Positions 55,619 to 63,541 of a stretch of 63,541 bases of DNA are shown piece after piece. Location: assembly GCA_903888765.1 (NCBI GenBank), contig CAISVF010000481.1:1-63541 (forward strand), read 5' to 3'. The position numbers were made by a program, and so were the translations under genes. The notes beneath the pieces were generated by a model that did no database searches, was not told the origin of the DNA, and saw only the letters and a list, made by a program, of their open reading frames with translations. This DNA comes from an uncultured Verrucomicrobia subdivision 3 bacterium (lineage in GTDB: Bacteria; Verrucomicrobiota; Verrucomicrobiia; Limisphaerales; UBA11358). Position 1 is the first letter of the stretch. The number at the start of each line of letters is the position of its first letter.

Positions 55619-56860
55619 TTATTTGGCACCGCCAAAAACGGCTTTCACCGCTTGGAGATAGCCCATGCCATGAATGGTTTCCGGTTCGAGGCAGCTGCCT
55701 TCGGGCCACTCGTTCCAGGCATTGATAGTAATGATTTTGGGCTGCGTCGGCGCGGCCAGCAACCGCTGCTTGATAATCTCCAGCGATTGCTGGAATGCGG
55801 CGGGCGTGTTGCCGGTGACCACCGGGTTCACGACATACGCGCCGGCATGGCTCCAGTCAGCGTTGGCCGCCGCGCGCGGACTGTTGTCCCAATTGATCAT
55901 GGCATTCGGAAAATATGGTATGAAATAATTCGTCACGGCACGCGCCCAGAAGGACAAATATTTCTGGCGGCCCCAGACGTAGTCGGACACGGGAAAGGTC
56001 TGGCCGTTCAGCGCGCCATGATGCACCCAAGTGTAGCTCGTGAGGCTGTCGAGCGGGAGGTCGCGGCAAAGTTTCGGCCAGCCAGGCGGCGTTTTTCCGC
56101 CGGGCAGATTCGGCTGTCCCCAGACGATGGCATTAACGTGCAGTCCGGGAAATCCGGCGGCGTGAACTTTGTCGCGGAATTTATCCAGCGCAGCCCGGGC
56201 GGTTTCAATCGAGCCAAAGCTGTCAAGAAACCGGCTCATTTCGTAAATGGAAAAATACGGTTTGCCATCCACCCGCCAGTAACTCGGATGTTTGAAATAT
56301 TTGGCGATGACTAAGTCGCAAATTTTGTCCCACGTGGCGGGGGTGACCTTGCCGGGATACAGGAGTTTGATGTGGTTGGTGGGATTGTAGCCTTGGATGT
56401 CATACCAATCGTGATTCGCCCACATGAGGGCGAACTTCACACGGGCATTATTAGTCGCGTGGAGAAAACCTTCGTCCAGCGCCGCTTCGAGATACGGCCC
56501 GTCGTTGTAATAATACCAGTCAAAGATGAAAGCATTCACGCCGTGATCAGCGGCGGCGTCAATCTTTTGCGCCATGACTTCAGGCTTTGCTTCATTTTGA
56601 TAGCCCCACAGCGGCGGCTTGGGCTGAACGTGTCCGGAAAAACGCGGCTTGGCGGCTTTGATCTCATCCCACTCCGTATAGCCGGGATATTTGTTTTTGT
56701 CCCAACGCGGATCGGGATGCGTGCAGGCATAATAGTAGGCGGCAACGGTGATGGGGCCACCTGCAGCTGGCGTATGGTGAGAGGCTGTTTCCACGTTATC
56801 CGCAGCGAAAACAGCTCTGGCGCTCAAGCATACGAGCAGGGCAACCATTTTTTTGTTCAT
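55619..56860 (-). CDS. GH99-like / WbsX-family (PF14307-type) protein, secreted
   Basis: ATG at 56860 (MNKKMVALLVCLSARAVFAAD). VAAYYYACTHPDPRWDKNKYPGYTEWDEIKAAKPRFSGHVQPKPPLWGY...GVNAFIFDWYYYNDGPYLE matches the WbsX-type pattern (GFTEW, F-x-GH-x-QP, Y-W-F). Confidence 0.65.
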   Translation of the reverse strand: MNKKMVALLVCLSARAVFAADNVETASHHTPAAGGPITVAAYYYACTHPDPRWDKNKYPGYTEWDEIKAAKPRFSGHVQPKPPLWGYQNEAKPEVMAQKIDAAADHGVNAFIFDWYYYNDGPYLEAALDEGFLHATNNARVKFALMWANHDWYDIQGYNPTNHIKLLYPGKVTPATWDKICDLVIAKYFKHPSYWRVDGKPYFSIYEMSRFLDSFGSIETARAALDKFRDKVHAAGFPGLHVNAIVWGQPNLPGGKTPPGWPKLCRDLPLDSLTSYTWVHHGALNGQTFPVSDYVWGRQKYLSFWARAVTNYFIPYFPNAMINWDNSPRAAANADWSHAGAYVVNPVVTGNTPAAFQQSLEIIKQRLLAAPTQPKIITINAWNEWPEGSCLEPETIHGMGYLQAVKAVFGGAK

Positions 56861-56894
56861 ATTTGGTTTGGTTTCTCGTGGAATCAGCATGGCG

Positions 56895-58739
56895 TCATTC
56901 AGCCCTGGCCCCGGCAGCCTCCGCATCCGACAACGTGCGGTTGTAAATCTCGATGTTTGCCATCGTGCCGGCGAAATTTTTAGGCTGCAGCCCCTTGGTT
57001 GAGGTGATTTTTTTTGCCCTAGTGGCCGGCATGATGACCTCACCAACCGCGTCATACCGATTGTCATTAGCACCAACCCGTCCGGGCGCGGACCTGTCCT
57101 GGGTGTCAAACGGAATGTCTTTAACCGTTTTGAGCAAAATTCCATTTACAAATATCTTGGCCACGCCACGGTCAAATAGGCAAGCGATATGACAGTCTTT
57201 GCCCGGTTGGTAATGGGCCTCAGCCACAACATTTTGATGACGCTCAATGCTGCCGAGGCAGAAGACAACCTGACCTTTTTCAGTCAGCTGCACCGCCCAG
57301 CCAGAGTTGCCTTTTGGGGGCATCCGGGCAATGGGAGTGGTGTTGGCCAATCGGTTGGCGTTAACGGTGAATTCCACGGAAATGGCGTCTCCGAATCCGA
57401 CAACGCGGTCAAAGAAATAGAATTTGCCATCGCCACCAAATCGAATCGGCTCGCGTTTAGCCAGTGTCCAAATCGGATCGCCAACCGGCTGGAACTTCGG
57501 CGTTGGCACGGGCGCCGCCCCGGTGCGCGGAGGTTTTTGGAAACGCACATCATCAACCTCCACCCACTGACCGGCATTGCCTTTCGCGGTGATGGAAATA
57601 ACAGCAGTCAGATTGCTGACGGTGATTTTGGGGAGGCGGATCATTTGCCACTCTGCAGATTTTGGAATCTCAACGGACTGTTCGTTGCCGCCACAGCCTG
57701 AAACCGTCATCCGTGCAGCGCTCAAATCGCTCGAATTGCGGATGAGCGCGGTCAGTTCGTAACTGCCGTTGCGGACGAATTCGAGCTTCTGGCTGGTCGT
57801 GACGTCGAAAGCCGCCTGGTCTGAACCAAGATGTAGATAATAATTTCCGTTGGCCGCCCCGCCTGATTTGACAAGCACTGCTGTGGGATTTTCTCCAGTC
57901 ACCTGCCACGCGACCGGTGTGTGCGGATTTATCTTGTCGAGGTTGTATTCGAAACTCCCGTTGGGCAGCAGGTTCACCCCCGGATAATCCTTGGCGTAAT
58001 AGCGGAAGTAGCTGAATGTGGTTTCGCCCGGCACAGCGTCCACTTTGCCAACGCCGTTGAGGGCGCTGAGCCAGACGACCTGCTGGGCGGTGAGCTGCGG
58101 CCAGTCGGCGGTTGCCGTCAGCCTGCCGTTCTCGTAAAAATTCACACCCCCGGGAGTGAATTCGTAGCCGCACAGATACGAACCATTTTGGCCCAGTCCC
58201 AAAGGCTGGTTGCAACGCATCGGCCACGGCGTTTCTTTATATGCCGCCGGACTCAAATGAACATAAAGATTATGGCAGGCCATGGCGGACTTGGAATCAA
58301 TCTCATAACCGTCAATTTCAAAAATGCTATTGTTCGGCACTGCGCCACCAGCCTGCCACATGGACGAATGCACACCACGACTCGCCATGAAGGGAGTAGA
58401 AAGCGTCTCATAATAGCCATATCCAAATTGATGTCGGCTGATGACGCCGCCGCCGGTGTTCCAGATTTTGCTTTCGATTTTCTCCGGACGGACGCCAATG
58501 TGCAGTCCGTTCGCAACCGTGACATTTTCAGCGCGATTCAGACAATTCAACATGCCCGCGCCGGACCGCTCACCCAAGCGGTAAGCCCAGGCGTTCGTGT
58601 TGAGCTTTGCGCCCTGAAAGTGGTCCTCATAGATCAATTGGTAATCGTCCGAAGGCGGCGCGGCTTGAAGACTATTAATACCAAATGCCGTGAGCGACAA
58701 AAGGCCCGCGGTGGCCAGACTATATTGATTCCTTCGCAT
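56895..58739 (-). CDS. GH16-like catalytic domain plus CBM-like and LamG-like domains (paralog of 40725..42569)
   Basis: ATG at 58739 (MRRNQYSLATAGLLSLTAFG). FEIDGYEID catalytic motif. About 85 percent identical to 40725..42569 by eye. Confidence 0.7.
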   Translation of the reverse strand: MRRNQYSLATAGLLSLTAFGINSLQAAPPSDDYQLIYEDHFQGAKLNTNAWAYRLGERSGAGMLNCLNRAENVTVANGLHIGVRPEKIESKIWNTGGGVISRHQFGYGYYETLSTPFMASRGVHSSMWQAGGAVPNNSIFEIDGYEIDSKSAMACHNLYVHLSPAAYKETPWPMRCNQPLGLGQNGSYLCGYEFTPGGVNFYENGRLTATADWPQLTAQQVVWLSALNGVGKVDAVPGETTFSYFRYYAKDYPGVNLLPNGSFEYNLDKINPHTPVAWQVTGENPTAVLVKSGGAANGNYYLHLGSDQAAFDVTTSQKLEFVRNGSYELTALIRNSSDLSAARMTVSGCGGNEQSVEIPKSAEWQMIRLPKITVSNLTAVISITAKGNAGQWVEVDDVRFQKPPRTGAAPVPTPKFQPVGDPIWTLAKREPIRFGGDGKFYFFDRVVGFGDAISVEFTVNANRLANTTPIARMPPKGNSGWAVQLTEKGQVVFCLGSIERHQNVVAEAHYQPGKDCHIACLFDRGVAKIFVNGILLKTVKDIPFDTQDRSAPGRVGANDNRYDAVGEVIMPATRAKKITSTKGLQPKNFAGTMANIEIYNRTLSDAEAAGARAE

Positions 58740-58797
58740 TTTTAATAACGTGCCAGTGGTTTTTAACCCCAGTGCTGAGGGCAAATGCTCCATGTTA

Positions 58798-59874
58798 TCA
58801 TGGCTTTGCGTTTAATGGAATTTGCAGATTGAAACTGCCGTCACGCGTTTTGTTGTTCGCCGCCGCGCAGCCCAACGCAACCGGCTCGCCGCTTTCAAAA
58901 ACTAACTGCGGACGTTCCAGCGCAGTTAGCTTTTCTTCGTGGCCGTCCGCCCAGTGGATCGTTCCCGGATTCGCAACAAATGTATGCTTCGAGAGGTTCC
59001 AGTCGAAACCGTCCGTTGATTCCCATAGCGCCAGCGAGTAGCCGCGATGGGTGAAGTTGCCGTCGTTGTCTTTCACTACGGCCCAGTAGCGGTCCGCGCC
59101 GCGCCAGATGAACGGATCTTCCGCCGCAAACATCACGCCCTTTGCGCCGAACACTTCGCCGGGATGTTTCGTGAACGATCCGGTCGGATTGTCCGCCGTC
59201 GCCACCAGATGAGAAACCGGTCCGCCGAATGGCGGTTTGCCTTTCATCGCGACGGCTTTATAGACCATCAGCACGCCGCCATCCGGCCGTTGCGCAACGG
59301 AGGGATTGGAAGTGAGCAACGCATCCGGTGCGTTCGTGTCGGCGCTGATGTCCACGACGGGTTTATCGAACCTCTGCCACGGGCCGAATGGCGAATCCGC
59401 CACCGCCACACCGATGCGCTGATGATTACGATGCGTCCAGTTCAACGAACCAGTGACCACGCCGTCGCCGTAGTTGCCCATGTAGTAGAGATAAAACCTT
59501 TTGCCGATACGGAGAATGGTCGGGTTGTGGGTGCAAGAGCCGTCCCAATAATTTTTGCCGCGCGCGGGCAACGTGACGTCGTGATGCGTCCAGGGCCCGA
59601 ACGGCGTGTCGCTCACCGCGTGCGCAATTTCAGAGTGGGAAGCCCATGCCTGATGGCCCAGCTTGCGCGGCCAGCGCGAGTAGAATAGATGGTATTTGCC
59701 GTCGTCCCCCTTCACCGCCGAGCCACACCAGATGTTGTAATTGGTATCGGAGAACTTCGCTGTCAGCGGCACGGGCTGGAGCATGGCGTTGAAATCGTAT
59801 TCAACGACGTTCGTCGCCGCGCAGCCGGTCAGACAGACCACGATCAGGATGGCGAATAGAGAGGTTGTCTTCAT
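58798..59874 (-). CDS. Five-bladed beta-propeller glycoside-hydrolase-like lipoprotein, family unassigned (paralog 4 of 4)
   Basis: ATG at 59874 gives MKTTSLFAILIVVCLTGC (a lipobox). The ORF could also start at 59901. Motifs IWCGSAVKGDDGKYHLFYSRWP and HRNHQRIGVA. Confidence 0.6.
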   Translation of the reverse strand: MKTTSLFAILIVVCLTGCAATNVVEYDFNAMLQPVPLTAKFSDTNYNIWCGSAVKGDDGKYHLFYSRWPRKLGHQAWASHSEIAHAVSDTPFGPWTHHDVTLPARGKNYWDGSCTHNPTILRIGKRFYLYYMGNYGDGVVTGSLNWTHRNHQRIGVAVADSPFGPWQRFDKPVVDISADTNAPDALLTSNPSVAQRPDGGVLMVYKAVAMKGKPPFGGPVSHLVATADNPTGSFTKHPGEVFGAKGVMFAAEDPFIWRGADRYWAVVKDNDGNFTHRGYSLALWESTDGFDWNLSKHTFVANPGTIHWADGHEEKLTALERPQLVFESGEPVALGCAAANNKTRDGSFNLQIPLNAKP

Positions 59875-59908
59875 GAAGTTGCGTAAGGGCGAGATTTTCA
59901 TTTTGAGC

Positions 59909-61912
59909 CTATTGAACCATGTAGCGATAGAACCGTTTCGGCGTGCTGCGGGAAACGGGAATCGCGTTCGTCACCGTCAATCCTGATCCGATGTTCGTGA
60001 ACTGGGAAACCCAGGTGACCGGCGGCGTGAGGTTGGTGGTGTTTTGTAGAACATAATTGTAGCCGGTCTGCGTGTCGATTTGCAGCAGCAGGTTCGTGCC
60101 CGTGCCATCGAAGGCGACGGGCTGGATGACGGGATTCGTCGGGCCGGTCACGGTGATGCTGCCATCGACGGAAAGATTCGAGGTATCCCACGTCAGCGGC
60201 GCGGCGAGCGCGGGCAACATTATGGCGGAAAAGCCGCCGCCGTAGCCGCCTGCGGAAAACAGTTGGAAGGTGTCGCCCATCGCGAGGGGCGTGCTGCCGA
60301 GGTTGGTCACGATGAGCGAGCCGGCGAAGTCAACCGAAGTCAGACCGGAGATTTTGTCCGACTTCAGGCCGCCGTCTTTGCTCAAGCGGAAAATGGTTTT
60401 GGTGCTCGGGCCACCGAGGGTCAGCGAGTTGTTGATGGTGAGCGTGCCGATGGAATTCCATCCGCCCGGCGCGAGCGTCTTGCCATCAGCGATGGTTGTG
60501 GGCCCGTCCAATATGCCGGTGCCGGCGAGGGTCGCGCATTGGAAGTTGCAGGTGCCGGAAGCGAAAGCGCAATTCCCTTCAAGGCTGATCGTGCCGGCAC
60601 CTTGGAGCGTGAGCGTGTTTCCATTCAGAGTAATCGGGCCGGTCAATCGTAGCACACCGCCAACGGGAATCTTACTGCCGATTCCAGATGCCGCCGTCTC
60701 GCAGGAAATCGCGCCGGCGAAGGTGACGTTGGTGGAGTTCAACACATCCAGCGGGCTATAGCCGCCGTATCCGGAAGACAAAAGGTGCAGGGTGTGCGAC
60801 GCAGTATAATTGACATTGCTCGCGAGCACAACCGATCCGCTGACCTGAGAATCGTTGTTATTACCGAGCGCACTGTTCGCGCCGACAAACAGCGTGCTGC
60901 TGTTAACGTAGATCGTGCCGGTAAGCGCGTTCGACGCGTTCAACCAAAGCGAGCCGTAGTCCAGCGTCAGATTGTGCATGCTGGCATCCAACTGGCCGTT
61001 CACGTAGATGGCCGGGCTCCAGCTTCGGCCCAGAAAAAAAACATTGGACTCACCGGCGCTGCTATAAATCTTGCCATTGAGATACAAAGCGACGCCGCTT
61101 GAGCTGTAGTTGCCAAACTCTAGTTCGGTTTCACCCTTGATGTTCACGTTGATGTTCTGGGGCGTGGTCAAAGAGTCGCCGAGGATAATGCCGCCCCGCC
61201 CGGTGGAATTCGTGCAACCGAGATGCAGTGTATACCCGGCGGCCAGAGTCAGCGCCGGGGTGCTGGGCATATCAAAGTAAAGCGACTGGCACCATTTGTC
61301 TGACGGCAGGGTGATGGTGGTGTTGGTCGTAGCTTGATTGAAGACGGCCGCGACATTCGTCGAAGGCACGCCGTCTGGTCCCCAGTTGGCGGCGTTCGTC
61401 CAACTGCCGCTCGCCGATCCACCCCATCCGGGTTTTTGATACAACCGCACGTAATCCACATCCATGCTGGTATTGGTCAGGCCGGTGCCCGGGCCATGAC
61501 TGGTTCCATACATGGTGCTGAAGATGAGCTCCTGCGGCCCCATGACGCCGGCGTTGTTTAGTCCTTGGGTGGAACTGGTGTATTCGACGCCATCCAGAAA
61601 GAAGTGGAGCGAGTTGTCCGTGCGCCATTCGAGCACGTTGGTGTGGTATTGAGTCCAGTCGTAAGCGGGCTTGGTGCCGTAAGCCAGCGTCGCCACATTG
61701 GGAGTGACGCAGTGATTCCAAATGTGCGAGGTCAACGTGTTGTCCGTGCTGTAGGGCCAGTGGCCTTCGTTGATGTCAATTTCGATGTCGTCAAACGATT
61801 TATTAGCGGCGGCGGTGGCTGTCCAGAAGGCGTTGTTCAACCCATTCGTCTGGGCTAGGCGGTAACGACTGTAGAACATTAAGCGTGAACTGGTGCTTGA
61901 GTAAAACGTGGT
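59909..61912 (-). pseudogene. GH16 / beta-strand-repeat surface protein, 5'-truncated by IS110-family insertion
   Basis: Catalytic DDIEIDINEG lies only about 35 codons after the first ATG (61879). There is no signal peptide. The frame is open upstream to a TGA near 61950. Autotransporter-type repeats follow, then a C-terminal module ending KRFYRYMVQ. Confidence 0.6.
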
Positions 61913-61983
61913 TATCCGGCAGGCGGGTAAGTAGTTTGAGGTGTGTCAACAAACAGCAGCCTACAACCTAACGGAGAACCACT

Positions 61984-63054
61984 ATGAAGATTATGGTCGG
62001 AATTGACCTGCACAGCAACAACGCCCTTTGCGGCCTCATGGACGAAAGCGGACGGCGCCTCCATCACAAGCAACTGCCCTGTGACCTGGCGGCCATCCTG
62101 CAACTGCTCAAGCCTTACAAAGAGCGCATTGATACCATCGCCATCGAGTCCACCTACAACTGGTATTGGCTGGTGGACGGGCTTGAGGATCACGGCTATC
62201 ACGTCGTGCTGGCCAATCCCGCCGCGATGCAGCCCTACGGCGGCAAAAAGCATACCGACGATGTCTCCGACGCTTATTTTCTGGCAGAACTGCTGCGGCT
62301 GAACCTCCTGCCCACCGGACATATTTACGACCGAAAACTCCGTCCCGTGCGCGATCTGCTGCGCCGCCGGATGTTGCTGGTGCATCAGCGCACCACGCTG
62401 ATCCTGAGTTTCAAGAGCCTTAACGAACGCACCCTGGGACAGCGTGTGCCGCTGGCTCGCGTCAAGGCGATGAGCGCGGCGGACGCGCAAGCTCGGTTTA
62501 CCGCGCAAGCCGATCAACTGCTGGCTGGCGAGCAGATCACCTTGATGGAGCACTATACGGACACGATCGCGAAAATTGAAAAACACATCATGGAGGTTGC
62601 TGAAAAAACCGCGAGCTACCAGCGCCTCCAGGAAATGCCGGGGATTGGCAAAATTCTGGGCCTGACCATTGCCCTGGAGACCGGCGACGCCAAACGTTTT
62701 GCCGATGCGGGGCACTTTGCCAGTTACTCTCGCTGCGTAAAAAGCGTCCGCCAGAGCAACCACAAGAAGAAGGGCGAGAACAACCGTAAATGCGGCAACA
62801 AGTATCTGGCGTGGGCGTTTGTGGAGGCGGCGCATTTTGCCTGCCGCCACGATGATCAATGCCGCCGATTTTATGACCGCAAAAAGCAACAAAGCAATCC
62901 CGCCATCGCGACCAAGTCGCTGGCCTGCAAGCTGGCCAAAGCCGCATGGCATGTGATGGTGGCCGATGTGCCCTATGACGCCACCCGCGTCTTCGGACCT
63001 GGAAAGACGGATTTAGGGGAGACCAGTCGTGAACCAGCGAAGGGGTCTGGATAA
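61984..63054 (+). CDS. IS110-family DEDD transposase/recombinase
   Basis: MVGIDLHS, AIESTYNWYWLVDGL, ANPAAMQPYGGKKHTDDVSDAYFLAELLR, then MPGIGKILGLTIALETGDAKRFADAGHFASYSRCVKSVRQSN...GNKYLAWAF. 356 aa, with GGAG 10 nt upstream of the ATG. Confidence 0.9.
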   Translation: MKIMVGIDLHSNNALCGLMDESGRRLHHKQLPCDLAAILQLLKPYKERIDTIAIESTYNWYWLVDGLEDHGYHVVLANPAAMQPYGGKKHTDDVSDAYFLAELLRLNLLPTGHIYDRKLRPVRDLLRRRMLLVHQRTTLILSFKSLNERTLGQRVPLARVKAMSAADAQARFTAQADQLLAGEQITLMEHYTDTIAKIEKHIMEVAEKTASYQRLQEMPGIGKILGLTIALETGDAKRFADAGHFASYSRCVKSVRQSNHKKKGENNRKCGNKYLAWAFVEAAHFACRHDDQCRRFYDRKKQQSNPAIATKSLACKLAKAAWHVMVADVPYDATRVFGPGKTDLGETSREPAKGSG

Positions 63055-63500
63055 CCAAGCCAACTCGACTGAATGGGCGCGACGGGTCTCCCCCCTGCCC
63101 AAAACCGCTGAAGCGGAAATGGCTCAAGGAAAAAGAATATGGTGATTCGACCAAGTCGGGAGTCTGCGACAGGTTGGACGCACCGCCGCAAGGCGACGCG
63201 AGCCACAAGTCATTACACACTGAATGAACCCGGTTTGGCACTGAATGTTTTCTGGCTCCCGGAATGCCGGGAGGAGGGCGTACGCCACCGGCAGACGAAA
63301 GTCTGCAGGTGGCAGACCGATCTGTCACCCAGACCGGACGCGATACGCTGGAACCAGATGGGTGACTGAACGGATCACCTTCCGCAAGGGAGGATTGAAT
63401 CCTGATACAACGACTGAAATGACAGGCACGAATTGCTCCTTGGACGCCGCCCGCAACGGCCCGAAAAAGAAAAGACAGCTTTTAATAAAAAAGCTGGCTG
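63055..63500 (+). ncRNA. Candidate IS110-family guide RNA (bridge/seek RNA) region
   Basis: No credible ORF. Hairpins at 63256-63273, 63285-63312 (GAAA loop), 63378-63393 (GCAA loop), 63391-63403 and 63476-63496. ACTGAATG occurs three times. Boundaries and strand are not established. Confidence 0.3.
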
Positions 63501-63541
63501 ACGATAATCTATTTTTTCTATTGACCGCTCACGCTAATGGG

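Larger units (their letters stand above)
61913..63541 (+). mobile_element. IS110-family (IS1111-like layout) insertion element; right end not defined within the window
   Basis: DEDD transposase at 61984..63054, a short 5' leader (approx 70 nt) and a structured non-coding 3' tail of at least 440 nt. The left boundary is inferred from loss of GH16 similarity around 61912-61950. Confidence 0.6.

Noticed and set aside
61912-63328. 346-aa and 246-aa minus-strand ORFs (61912..62952 and 62588..63328)
   Set aside because: They are antisense to the IS110 transposase and its tail. The sequences are Arg/Gly/Pro-rich with no motifs, and the plus-strand frame has unambiguous IS110 motifs.
1-63541. CRISPR arrays, tRNA, rRNA, riboswitches
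   Set aside because: None recognised on reading the intergenic regions. This is a by-eye negative and should be confirmed with tRNAscan-SE, Infernal and CRISPR finders.

Overview
63.5-kb chromosomal window that reads like a glycan-utilisation region of a PVC-superphylum, Verrucomicrobiota-type bacterium. Supporting signs are prepilin-type N-methylation proteins, autotransporter-associated beta-strand-repeat giants, Tat-exported Gfo/Idh/MocA enzymes and the absence of SusC/D. I found no rRNA, tRNA or CRISPR by eye.

Layout:
- 1-8.7 kb: housekeeping and envelope genes (porin fragment, galE, Sfp-type PPTase, secreted FAD oxidoreductase, OatA-like acyltransferase), then a low-GC islet with an orphan HTH gene and two short repeat arrays.
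- 8.7-27.6 kb: one plus-strand, translationally coupled operon. It encodes an MFS transporter, GH16, GH29, GH51, GH43, GH95, a GH106-like enzyme, two copies of an unassigned beta-propeller family, one unknown secreted 635-aa protein and an SGNH esterase.
- 28-35.6 kb: a 1512-aa beta-strand-repeat surface protein, a pilin-like protein and a GH16 multidomain protein.
- 35.6-43.9 kb: an AraC/XylR-type regulator divergent from a second FAD-oxidoreductase / beta-propeller / GH16-CBM-LamG / SASA-esterase operon.
- 44-62 kb: a long minus-strand cluster carrying a second, diverged inverted copy of that operon. It also holds a sulfatase, a GH78-like enzyme, an unknown 548-aa protein, a GH99-like (WbsX) protein and a Tat-Gfo/Idh/MocA plus TIM-barrel pair.

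The region is visibly decaying and rearranging. It contains a frameshifted IS1634-like element, an IS110-family element that decapitates a GH16 surface protein, a sulfatase remnant, a GH29::SASA fusion scar and a degenerate esterase domain.

Best leads:
- the IS110/IS1111-type element, whose hairpin-dense 3' tail of at least 440 nt is a candidate bridge/seek RNA
- the approx 4.5-kb inverted segmental duplication with reciprocal gene decay
- the periplasmic oxidoreductase plus TIM-barrel pair, a candidate oxidative/eliminative glycoside-cleavage module
- three unassigned protein families embedded in the GH operons
- a shared C-terminal module ending in an F/Y-F/Y-R motif on three surface proteins

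I see no clear-cut defence or other wholly new system. All family calls come from motif recognition by eye on the ORF-track translations, not from searches.
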